Positions 28,553 through 36,266 of a DNA stretch of 36,266 bases are shown one piece after another. This stretch comes from Candidatus Bathyarchaeia archaeon (GTDB lineage Archaea; Thermoproteota; Bathyarchaeia; 40CM-2-53-6), in the NCBI GenBank assembly GCA_049517415.1, contig JBEKSC010000028.1, positions 1-36,266 on the forward strand. The letters run 5' to 3'. The notes below the pieces were generated by a model, which was not told the DNA's origin, did not search any database, and saw only the letters and a program-made list of their open reading frames with translations. Made by a program: the position numbers and the translations under genes. Every line of letters starts with the position of its first letter. The stretch's first letter is position 1.

Positions 28553-29525
28553 ATTTCTCGAGCCGCTTCTCATATTCCCTCCTCAGTCGTAGATACGTAG
28601 ACTCGTCCACCCTGTCCATCGCGCGCAATTCTTCAAGTCTAGCGATCGCTCTAGCAGTTGCGACGTAGCCCTTGTCGGCGGATGATTGTTTGATCAAATC
28701 TTCGACCGCAGCTTCCTTACGCTTCTGCTTACCACGGCGCCTCAAGAGGAGAAACAACACAAGTACAAGAATCACAGTGAATCCAATGAACAGGTAAACT
28801 GCCTGAATCAGTCCGGGAGCAATGTTGAGCTCGAATGAAACTTTGTGGCTCACGGATCCAGATACGCCAAGAAGTGTTATAGTGTAATTGCCGGGGACAG
28901 CAAAAATGGACGATGCAATGTTGACGGTTACGGTTCCGCCGGGAGCAATTGAAGCGGGCTTGAACTGAAGGCTAACGCCCGCCGGGAGTTCAAGGGCAGT
29001 TAGGTTCACTGGGGCGTGAAAGCCACGAAGACCGAATACCGTAACGCTCACCGTCCCCGTTCCACCCTGACGGAGCGACAATGCGGAAACGGAGGTTTGG
29101 AGTGCGAAGTCGGGCGAAGAGTATGTGAATACTAGTGTCACACGGGCTGTATCGTACCCTGGCTTATCCGCCACCAAGAAGGTTGTGTAATTTCCGCCAG
29201 GGGAATTAGATCCGATAAAGAACGTATCTTGGAAGGAGCCACCGAGGTTAGTGTAGGCGATGGCTAGGTGAACACTCGTTCCTTGGGGGTTATTGACTTG
29301 AATTGAAATTACAGTGCTCGGGATTGAGTAGTTAAGGGTGTCAAATACCCGGCCGGTGATTGCAACGGTGACTCCTTGGTCGGTTTGGGTGGGGTTGAGG
29401 GTTGCCTGCATGAGCATTTTTCTTGCTGCGAAAACTGGAAGTGGAGAGGCCACAGCCATGAGCAGGAGAGTAATTAGCGCTAAGTGAAGATAGGTAGTGC
29501 GCAAAGCCCATGGCCGCCTGTTCAT
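28545..29525 (-). CDS. Type I membrane protein with two Ig-like domains and a SHOCT-like cytoplasmic tail
   Basis: Signal peptide, two beta-rich domains, TM helix followed by RRRGK, then tail ARLEELRAMDRVDESTYLRLRREY. Confidence 0.75.
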   Translation of the reverse strand: MNRRPWALRTTYLHLALITLLLMAVASPLPVFAARKMLMQATLNPTQTDQGVTVAITGRVFDTLNYSIPSTVISIQVNNPQGTSVHLAIAYTNLGGSFQDTFFIGSNSPGGNYTTFLVADKPGYDTARVTLVFTYSSPDFALQTSVSALSLRQGGTGTVSVTVFGLRGFHAPVNLTALELPAGVSLQFKPASIAPGGTVTVNIASSIFAVPGNYTITLLGVSGSVSHKVSFELNIAPGLIQAVYLFIGFTVILVLVLFLLLRRRGKQKRKEAAVEDLIKQSSADKGYVATARAIARLEELRAMDRVDESTYLRLRREYEKRLEKSK

Positions 29526-29592
29526 ATTCGAATTATCTGCGCTTATTCTATATTGTTTCCAGCCTTAACCATGAGTACCGGAGCAGATCGAC

Positions 29593-30273
29593 TTGACGCC
29601 TGTCTTCATTCACGGTGCCGGGGCAAGCCCTATTGTTTGGCGGCTCCAGCTACTGCATTTCAAAGGGGGCCTGGCAGTGGAACTGCCTGGGCACCCATCG
29701 GGCCTAGGATGCAGCACAATCGAAGACTATGCCTCATCAGTTGAGGAACATATCAGGGAGAGGGCCGTAAATGCCCCCGTTCTTGTCGGGCATTCGATGG
29801 GTGGAGCGATCGCAATCACACTCGCCCTGCGAAACTCCGATTTGGCGGGACTCGTTTTGGTTGGCACTGGAGCCCGGCTTAAAGTTGATCCCAGCATACT
29901 AACTGGGATCAAGGAAAACTACGAGGAGGTCAGCAAACTCGTAGGGAGATGGTCTGTGTCACCACGCTCGGATCCTGTAATAGCCGAAAGGATTGCGGAA
30001 GATTTGTGTAAGGTGAAACCTGAGGTCGCCTACGGCGATTTCATCGCATGTGACAGGTTTGACCGAATGAACGATGTGCAGAAAATAACTTGCAAAACTC
30101 TAATCGTGGTGGGGGCGGATGATCGGATGACACCGGTAAAGTATTCGCAGTATCTTCATGAAAAGATAGTTAACTCAAGACTCGTTGTAATCCCAGATGC
30201 CGGGCATAGCGTCATGCTCGAGAAACATCGAATGTTCAATGCTGCGGTTGAGGCTTTCCTGGACTCACTGTGA
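29593..30273 (+). CDS. Alpha/beta hydrolase
   Basis: FIHGAG, GHSMGG nucleophile elbow, GADDRMTP, DAGH. Confidence 0.9.
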   Translation: MTPVFIHGAGASPIVWRLQLLHFKGGLAVELPGHPSGLGCSTIEDYASSVEEHIRERAVNAPVLVGHSMGGAIAITLALRNSDLAGLVLVGTGARLKVDPSILTGIKENYEEVSKLVGRWSVSPRSDPVIAERIAEDLCKVKPEVAYGDFIACDRFDRMNDVQKITCKTLIVVGADDRMTPVKYSQYLHEKIVNSRLVVIPDAGHSVMLEKHRMFNAAVEAFLDSL

Positions 30274-31369
30274 GTTTCTGCGCTCGTAACTTGGAGCTAA
30301 TGAGGCTTAGGACCTTATCCAGGTTCTGGCCTGTCTTGATGCTCGCCGGGACGATATCTTCCGTAATGAAATACTTTCGAATTATCGAAATAGATTTTTC
30401 AAGTTGCTCGCTAGAAACTAGATCCATTTTGTTCGCGCAAACTATTATTGGTGAAGTAATGTCGATCTCACGAAGGATTTGGCTGCACGCCCGAATCTTT
30501 CTTTCCAAAGGGAATTCTGTGTCGCTCGCGTCAATGAACAACAAGACTAGGTCGGCAGTCGCAAGCTCCCCAAGTGTAGCGTGAAACGCCTTCAAAATTA
30601 TGGGATGCATATCTTCTATGAACCCAATTGAGTCGATGAGAATGAACTCCGGCGAGTCAGGGTCCGTGTTCATGTCGGCCCTGCGTGCGAACGTGCCGAG
30701 TGTTGTGAACGGCCCCATGCCAACGGTCTTGTCTTCGTGTGTTACCAAATTGAAGAAACTGGTCTTGCCGGCTTGAGTGTAACCGGTGAGCGCAACGATT
30801 GGGAACCCAAGTTCCCGCCTTCGGTCCCGCTTGAGCATCTTCTTCTTGTAGATGTCATCAAGCTCATCTTCTATTCGGCTAATTCTGTTCCTGGCCGCGC
30901 GGTAGTATTCTTGGTATGGGTAGTCCCCTGGTCCCATCCAACCCAACTGTTCGCCCATAATGCCGCGGAGCTTGATGAACTCCCTGCCCCAGGATAGTGT
31001 GTACTTTAGCTTGGCTAGGCGAATCTGGAGCTTTGCCTCATTCGTGAAAGCTCTTTTGTCGAATACTTCGAGTATCAGTAAGTTGCGGTCTATGACGCGC
31101 ACTTCTCCGCCTAGATATTGAGTTAGCTTGAAGACGTGGCTGCTGGTGAGGGGGTTTGCAAATATGACCGTGTCCGCTTCCGTTTCCTCTACGAGTCGTT
31201 TGAGGTCATTCAGCCTACCCGGCCCTATTGTGTATGAGTGGTGGACGCTCTTCCTCCTTTGAATGAGCGTCCCTCCCACCTCGTAGCCGATGTTCTCAGC
31301 CATGGTCCTAGTTTCTTCCGCTAAAGGTGGAAAGGCTGGAAGCTTCAGCTCGACGATTACTGCTCGCAA
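30236..31369 (-). CDS. hflX: GTPase HflX
   Basis: IDRNLLILEVF..EAKLQIRLAKLKY, GPG, GYTQAGKTS, FTTL, DSIGFI, NKMD. Confidence 0.92.
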   Translation of the reverse strand: MRAVIVELKLPAFPPLAEETRTMAENIGYEVGGTLIQRRKSVHHSYTIGPGRLNDLKRLVEETEADTVIFANPLTSSHVFKLTQYLGGEVRVIDRNLLILEVFDKRAFTNEAKLQIRLAKLKYTLSWGREFIKLRGIMGEQLGWMGPGDYPYQEYYRAARNRISRIEDELDDIYKKKMLKRDRRRELGFPIVALTGYTQAGKTSFFNLVTHEDKTVGMGPFTTLGTFARRADMNTDPDSPEFILIDSIGFIEDMHPIILKAFHATLGELATADLVLLFIDASDTEFPLERKIRACSQILREIDITSPIIVCANKMDLVSSEQLEKSISIIRKYFITEDIVPASIKTGQNLDKVLSLISSKLRAQKLTVSPGKPQPQH

Positions 31370-31438
31370 ACCCTCTTAATTCACCGGGAAACTTTTCTGC
31401 TACGACCCACATTTGAAGCTGCGATTATTTAGACATGC

Positions 31439-31729
31439 ATGGACGGATGGACTGTGAAGGCAAGAGCACACGTTTACGTAGGCGGTAGGGTCCAGGGCGT
31501 ATTCTTCCGCGCCGAGACGGCGAACTTCGCCCATCGCCTCGGCCTTGCGGGATGGGTGCGTAACTTACCCGACGGGCGTGTCGAAGCACTCTTTGAAGGA
31601 GAACGGGACAAAGTCGAGGAAGCGGTTGCCTTCTGTCACCGCGGTCCACCGGGTGCCCACGTTCAAGACTTTGACGTCAAATGGGGGGAATGGAGAGGAG
31701 AATTCAAAGACTTCCGGGTAATCCACTAA
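31439..31729 (+). CDS. acyP: Acylphosphatase
   Basis: GRVQGVFFR, GWVRNLPDGRVE, GPPGA. Confidence 0.95.
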   Translation: MDGWTVKARAHVYVGGRVQGVFFRAETANFAHRLGLAGWVRNLPDGRVEALFEGERDKVEEAVAFCHRGPPGAHVQDFDVKWGEWRGEFKDFRVIH

Positions 31730-31771
31730 CACGAAAGAACTTAATGCATGGAGTGCGTCGATTGCCGCAGT

Positions 31772-31924
31772 GCTCCGGTGGTGTAGCCCGGTTAGCCATG
31801 CTGGGCCGACAGCATAGTGGCCTTTCGAGGCTCGGTGCCGGGGAAATCATTCCCCTTTAGTCACTGATCGCGGGTTCGAAATGGCACCTCAAAAAGTGCC
31901 AAGAAATTCCCGCCCGGAGCACCA
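31772..31924 (+). tRNA. tRNA-Glu(TTC) with three introns and encoded CCA
   Basis: Acceptor stem GCTCCGG/CCGGAGC+ACCA, D stem GTGT/GCAT, anticodon stem GTGGC/GTCAC with TTC at 31824..31826, T stem GCGGG/CCCGC. Removing 31795..31810, 31828..31858 and 31881..31907 yields a 79-nt cloverleaf. Confidence 0.9.
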
Positions 31925-31998
31925 CATCTACTTCCGTGTAGTATCCTACGTGAAATGATGGGGCGAACTTCAGCAAGGGACTGCAGGAAGCCAAGCGC

Positions 31999-32565
31999 CT
32001 AAGTTTTCTTCTTCTTAGATTTTGTTTTCAAGAGCTTCTTTCCAAGCGAGTGCTTTCTGAGCAATTTTGCTCCCAGTCTGGCCCACATCACGAAAGAGGC
32101 TGGTCTCCTTCGGATCTCTGCTAGGGTTTCCTCAAGGGATGCCCATCTGAAACCGTAGGTTACCCTAGGGTTCGCTTTCACCTTGCCATCATATTTCCCG
32201 ACTATTAACGCGCAGTGTTCATTCTCGCATTTCTTTCCCTGCGGGGCGAAATAGTTGAAGGCCCCTACCTTTCTAAACGAGATTCCTCTGAGCCCGAACT
32301 CGTCCCTCACGCAACGGGCCGCAGCTTCTCCATACGACTCATTTCTGCTATGGAGTCGGAGCGGGTGGCTCGCCCCCGTAAGATCCCATAGATTGGAGAA
32401 TAGTGCGTGTTTCCTTCGTTGGAGCAGGATCTCTCCCTTACTATTGTAGAGTGCGATCACAAAAGCCCTGTGGCGTTTTCCCTTGCCGGTGTGGCATATG
32501 CTTCTCGGCGCGTAACCCAGAATCTTATCCTTGTCATCTACAAGTATCAAGGTCTGCTCCATCAA
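31999..32565 (-). CDS. idi: Type 1 isopentenyl-diphosphate isomerase-like NUDIX protein
   Basis: LILVD..D..LG, CH..G.RHRAF, ILLQRR, WD...ASHP, AAARC...EFG, ENEHC. The usual catalytic Cys is absent. Confidence 0.7.
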   Translation of the reverse strand: MMEQTLILVDDKDKILGYAPRSICHTGKGKRHRAFVIALYNSKGEILLQRRKHALFSNLWDLTGASHPLRLHSRNESYGEAAARCVRDEFGLRGISFRKVGAFNYFAPQGKKCENEHCALIVGKYDGKVKANPRVTYGFRWASLEETLAEIRRRPASFVMWARLGAKLLRKHSLGKKLLKTKSKKKKT

Positions 32566-32957
32566 CGATTCCTGCTCGCCGTATTCACGGGGACGGATTG
32601 AGCTTAAAGACTTGCACTTACTTTCAGGCGGTGGAGGATGGCGATGAGCAGCACTCCGAGTGCTTAAGACCCTGTAGAGTCTCTTGGGTTATGGAAGCCG
32701 CCAGCCTGGAATTCTTAAGCTACTTGCTCTTCGGTTGGTTCAATGAGCGGAATAATATCTCTTGTTCGCAGCTTAGTTGGTTTGCGTTTACTAGCCAAAT
32801 GAACCGCTTCCTATTCGTGCGTACGATGTTCACATTGCTACCTACCTAACTCTGCGTAGAGAAAAAGCAGCGAGGAGAGTTCTAGGCCTATTTCCACCAT
32901 TTAGAGGGCAGGCCTTAATTGTCATGCCATCAAACGATACGCACGCATGAGACTAGG

Positions 32958-33950
32958 ATGCTGGAGATGAAGAAAGAGATTCTTGGGGTCCACCATGTTA
33001 CCGCAATAGCAGGCGACCCGCAGCGGAACGTGGACTTCTACTGTGGCGTTCTAGGCATGCGATTGGTAAAGGTAACAGTGAACTTTGATGAGCCCACGAC
33101 CTACCACCTATACTATGGGGACGAGCTAGGCGACCCAGGCACAATCCTAACTTTCTTTGCATGGCCCGGCGGCCCAAACGGTCGCATAGGAACTGGTCAG
33201 TTGACAGCAGCTTCCTTCTCCATCCCTGAAACGGCGATTAGCTTCTGGATAGACCGTCTCAAGAATCATAACATCCAATTCCAGGGCCCGATTGCACGCT
33301 TCAATGAGCAGGTAATTTCATTCTCCGATCCTGATGGCCTCCAGCTGGAGCTTGTAGCCGCTCAAAACGGCCGATTGGATAGGGTATGGAAAGATGGTCC
33401 AGTTCCGCCCGAGTATGGCCTGAGAGGCTTTCATAGCGTTGCGGTTTCGGAGGCAGGCCCTGAACGAACGTCGTCCCTCCTGACTGAAACGATGGGTTTT
33501 CGACGAGTTGGGCAGATTGGGAACCGGTATCGGTTTGAGGTTGGGGAAGGCGGAGCAGGTGCCATCGTTGATGTTTTCACGGACCTCGACGTTCCCCGCG
33601 GAATTGTCAGTGTAGGAAGCGTACACCATGTTGCATGGCGCACACCGGAGGATGAGCAGCAGAAAGCTTGGCGGGAAGAGCTAATCGAAGCCAGCCTGAA
33701 CGTGACGCCTATCATCGACAGGAAATATTTCCATTCTATCTATTACCGTGAACCTGGGGGCGTACTGTTTGAAATTGCCACCGACCCTCCTGGTTTCGCA
33801 GTCGATGAGCCTGTTCAAGATTTGGGTGGACGCCTCATGCTACCATCCTGGCTGGAACCACACAGGTCAGAGATCGAGGAGACTTTACCGCCTCTGACTC
33901 TCCCGGGCGTCCTCAAAACACAATCATCAAAACGGGATCCCCCGTTCTAG
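32958..33950 (+). CDS. Ring-cleaving dioxygenase (VOC/glyoxalase, MhqA/O-like)
   Basis: GVHHVTAI, LVKVTVNFDEP.TYHLYYGD, VHHVAWR, IDRKYFHSIYYREPGGVLFEIATD. Start is ATG 32958 or 32967. Confidence 0.92.
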   Translation: MLEMKKEILGVHHVTAIAGDPQRNVDFYCGVLGMRLVKVTVNFDEPTTYHLYYGDELGDPGTILTFFAWPGGPNGRIGTGQLTAASFSIPETAISFWIDRLKNHNIQFQGPIARFNEQVISFSDPDGLQLELVAAQNGRLDRVWKDGPVPPEYGLRGFHSVAVSEAGPERTSSLLTETMGFRRVGQIGNRYRFEVGEGGAGAIVDVFTDLDVPRGIVSVGSVHHVAWRTPEDEQQKAWREELIEASLNVTPIIDRKYFHSIYYREPGGVLFEIATDPPGFAVDEPVQDLGGRLMLPSWLEPHRSEIEETLPPLTLPGVLKTQSSKRDPPF

Positions 33951-34019
33951 GTCTGACGTTCAGCTAACTCGTTATATCTGTTGGGTCATATTCACCTAGG
34001 AAGTGTGAGACCTGTGGCC

Positions 34020-34211
34020 ATGAAATCTGTCGGAACCAAAGTCGCTACAACCATATTCTTTATGGTATTTTGGTTTGCTTTCATCGTGCTTTACCTCGCA
34101 TTCTTTGCTGGGGGCTTCAATCTTTGGCAAAAGGTTGCCGTGTTCTTGGCGTCAGGAGCGATAGCTAGCGGCATAATCGCAGTCCTCTGGGTTAAATGGA
34201 CGATGAAGTGA
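34020..34211 (+). CDS. Small two-TM membrane protein
   Basis: Two hydrophobic helices around GFNLWQKVA; start moved to the ATG at 34020. Confidence 0.65.
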   Translation: MKSVGTKVATTIFFMVFWFAFIVLYLAFFAGGFNLWQKVAVFLASGAIASGIIAVLWVKWTMK

Positions 34212-34289
34212 TCAGCAAGATTTCTCTAACCAGTTTTCTCTTATATTCGCCCGACAAGTTAACAGTAATTATCCTGAGATGCATTTACT

Positions 34290-34721
34290 ATGGTACTTGT
34301 TGCGAAGGACATAGTAGAGAAAGACTTCCTCTCAATGCGGCGAGACACAACAGCCCTTCAAGGCGCAAAACAAATGCAATCCAACCGTCACGGCTTCGTC
34401 GTCGTGACCACAGCTGACGGAAAACCTGAGGGTATCGTAACCGAATGGGATTACGTATCAAGAATCGTGGCCGCGGAGAAGGATCCGGCGCGGGTGAAGT
34501 TAGAAGAAATTATGAGCGTGAATCTTGTAACCGTTAAAGCGGACGAAGATTTGGATGAAGTGGCACAGTTGATGGCGGGGAAGGGAATACGAAGGATCTT
34601 GGTAACTCAGGATGGGAAGATTTTGGGGACGATAACAGCGAGAACTATGCTGGCAAGATTGAAAGACTATATTGACAGTATCTCTACCCAAATAGCCCGA
34701 CTTCAGGTACCGAGAGCTTAG
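34290..34721 (+). CDS. CBS-domain pair protein
   Basis: AKDIV, GIVTEWD, EEIMS..LVTV, GIRRILV, GTIT. Confidence 0.9.
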   Translation: MVLVAKDIVEKDFLSMRRDTTALQGAKQMQSNRHGFVVVTTADGKPEGIVTEWDYVSRIVAAEKDPARVKLEEIMSVNLVTVKADEDLDEVAQLMAGKGIRRILVTQDGKILGTITARTMLARLKDYIDSISTQIARLQVPRA

Positions 34722-34732
34722 AGTTAATTCTA

Positions 34733-36124
34733 ATGAAGTTTGCAACCGTCAACCCTGCGACTGGCGAAAAACTCGCTGAACATGAGATGGCCACGCCGGA
34801 TCAGGTGAAGAGTGCAATCGAACGCGCCAGGAAGACTTTCCATGAATGGCGTCGCCTTACGCCCGCTGAACGTAGCAAGTATATTTCGAAAGCCGCTGTA
34901 ATTCTAAAGGAGCGAAAGGAAGAATTTGCCCGTGATATGACGAACGAAATGGGGAAGATAATTCGGGAGTCGACGGCGGAGGTTGCTAAATGCGCCTTGG
35001 CTTTTGATTATTACGCGGAGAATGCAGAGCGCTTTCTCACCTCTGAGCCTGCACAGACTGATGCTGTGAAGAGTTACGTGGCCTTCGAGCCGCTGGGTGT
35101 TGTTGCCGCTATCATGCCATGGAACTTTCCGATGTGGCAGCTGGCAAGGTTTGCCGCGCCTGCGCTCGCGGCAGGAAACACCACCATCTTCAAGCCTGCA
35201 AGCGCAACCCCACAGAGCGGAGTAAACCTGGAAACGGTTTTCAACGAGGCTGGTTTGCCAACAGGATGCTTCAAGACGGTTTTAGGTGATTCGCGAATCG
35301 CTGACCAGATGATTGATGGTGATACAGACGCAGTAACTTTCACCGGAAGCGTCGGCGTCGGAAGCAAGGTAGGGGAACGAGCTGGAAGGAGCCTGAAGAA
35401 ATTCGTGCTCGAACTCGGCGGAAGCGACCCATTCATCGTACTTGAGGACGCAGACCTGGACCTAACATCCGGCGGCGCCGTCGCAGGGCGCTTCATTAAC
35501 TGCGGCCAGAGTTGTATTGCCGCGAAACGCTTCATCGTCGAAAAAACGATTGCCGAGAGTTTTATCAATCAATTTGTGTCGAAAGTTGAGAAGCTCAAGA
35601 TAGGTGATCCATTGAGCCCTGAAACAGACGTTGGACCCATGGTTAACGAGAGTGGTGTCAAGGAGGTAGACAGGCAGGTAAGGGATTCCGTGAAGATGGG
35701 CGGACGAGTGATGGTGGGTGGCCATCGCCTTGAGCGTAAAGGCTTCTTTTACGCCCCAACCGTCATGACCAAGGTAACTCGCGACATGCCAATGATGCGC
35801 GAGGAAGTCTTCGGACCCGTAGCCCCTGTCATTGTCGTGAAAGATGCCACGGAAGCAATTGAAGTGGCGAATTCCACCGAATTCGGTTTGGGCGCCTCTA
35901 TCTGGACGCAGAATCTTTCAAAGGCTGAGAAACTATGCAGGGAAATCCAGAGCGGCGTGGTCACGGTAAACAATGTTGTTGCATCTGACCCACGTGTTCC
36001 ATTTGGCGGAGTGAAGAAGAGCGGAATTGGAAGGGAATTAGGTAGGTACGGCCTTCTCGAATTTACTAACGTCAAGACGATTAGGCTATACGAGCGACGC
36101 GCCGAGAAAATGGCTGTGGAATAG
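34733..36124 (+). CDS. NAD(P)-dependent succinate-semialdehyde dehydrogenase-like aldehyde dehydrogenase
   Basis: NPATGE, PLGVVAAIMPWNFP, FTGS, LELGGSDP, GQSCIAAKR, EEVFGPV, PFGGVKKSG.GRE. Confidence 0.9.
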   Translation: MKFATVNPATGEKLAEHEMATPDQVKSAIERARKTFHEWRRLTPAERSKYISKAAVILKERKEEFARDMTNEMGKIIRESTAEVAKCALAFDYYAENAERFLTSEPAQTDAVKSYVAFEPLGVVAAIMPWNFPMWQLARFAAPALAAGNTTIFKPASATPQSGVNLETVFNEAGLPTGCFKTVLGDSRIADQMIDGDTDAVTFTGSVGVGSKVGERAGRSLKKFVLELGGSDPFIVLEDADLDLTSGGAVAGRFINCGQSCIAAKRFIVEKTIAESFINQFVSKVEKLKIGDPLSPETDVGPMVNESGVKEVDRQVRDSVKMGGRVMVGGHRLERKGFFYAPTVMTKVTRDMPMMREEVFGPVAPVIVVKDATEAIEVANSTEFGLGASIWTQNLSKAEKLCREIQSGVVTVNNVVASDPRVPFGGVKKSGIGRELGRYGLLEFTNVKTIRLYERRAEKMAVE

Positions 36125-36172
36125 ACGGGCGTCTTCGGAGCACTACGAAATGGGCGTTAGGAGGCGAGTACA

Positions 36173-36266
36173 TTGAAACTTGCACACTACATTAAGAATG
36201 GGGAAGTCAAGGTCGGTATTGTTAAGAATGGCTTTCTTTTCGACGTTCGAGAAGCAAGCGAGAGAC
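36173..36266 (+). CDS. N-terminus of a probable fumarylacetoacetate hydrolase-family protein (truncated by the window edge)
   Basis: AGGAGG RBS, TTG start, MKLAHYIKNGEVKVGIVKNGFLFDVREASER. Resembles FAH-family N-termini, but only 31 codons are visible. Confidence 0.45.
   Translation, partial: MKLAHYIKNGEVKVGIVKNGFLFDVREASER

Noticed and set aside
31925..32000. Integrated element at the tRNA 3' end
   Set aside because: No integrase and no duplicated tRNA 3' fragment were seen in the window; the flanking genes are metabolic.
32403..32849. 148-aa plus-strand ORF
   Set aside because: It overlaps the idi-like gene antisense, has atypical composition and shows no recognisable motif.
32640..32900. 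Fluoride riboswitch (GGCGATG) or RNase P RNA (GAGGAGAGTTC) resemblance
   Set aside because: Only short seed matches; the downstream conserved elements of either RNA are missing.
35074..36075. Long antisense ORFs inside the aldehyde dehydrogenase gene (similar ones occur in guaB, suf and nuo)
   Set aside because: Shadow frames of well-supported genes on the opposite strand.

Overview
Chromosomal window from an archaeon, most likely TACK group (Bathyarchaeia-like or basal Nitrososphaerota-like). The assignment is inferred from an archaeal uS12, a tRNA with BHB-type introns, CFI-box-CTERM and PEF-CTERM-like sorting signals, a NuoD ending in YWPVEADR, TATA-type promoters and frequent TTG/GTG starts. 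In order: (1) a nutrient-scavenging block (DUF917, nucleotidyltransferase-fold protein, metallophosphoesterase, agmatinase, amidohydrolase, APC permease); (2) a ketopantoate-reductase remnant and accessory surface/membrane genes, including an M6-peptidase/DUF192 fusion with an altered HExxH motif; (3) sufC-sufB-sufD, a nuoB-C-D-I operon with no membrane subunits, bcp and a Cys/His-tailed HTH regulator; (4) guaB, a doubly disrupted RNase Z-like gene and a solitary rps12; (5) three Ig-like surface-protein genes sharing domains, surrounding a winged-helix + MinD/ParA gene pair; (6) hydrolase, hflX, acylphosphatase, a tRNA-Glu(TTC) with three introns, a type 1 IDI-like gene, dioxygenase, CBS protein and aldehyde dehydrogenase. 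Best leads: a palindromic site (ATGAC-N4-GTWAT) shared by the sufC, sufB and regulator upstream regions, suggesting an autoregulated Fe-S regulon; the surface-protein/wHTH/ParA cluster; the triple-intron tRNA; a second palindrome (ACTACGCGGCGTAGT) at surface-protein genes; and two unannotated small basic ORFs. No CRISPR array, rRNA or mobile element was seen. All family calls come from motif recognition, not database searches.
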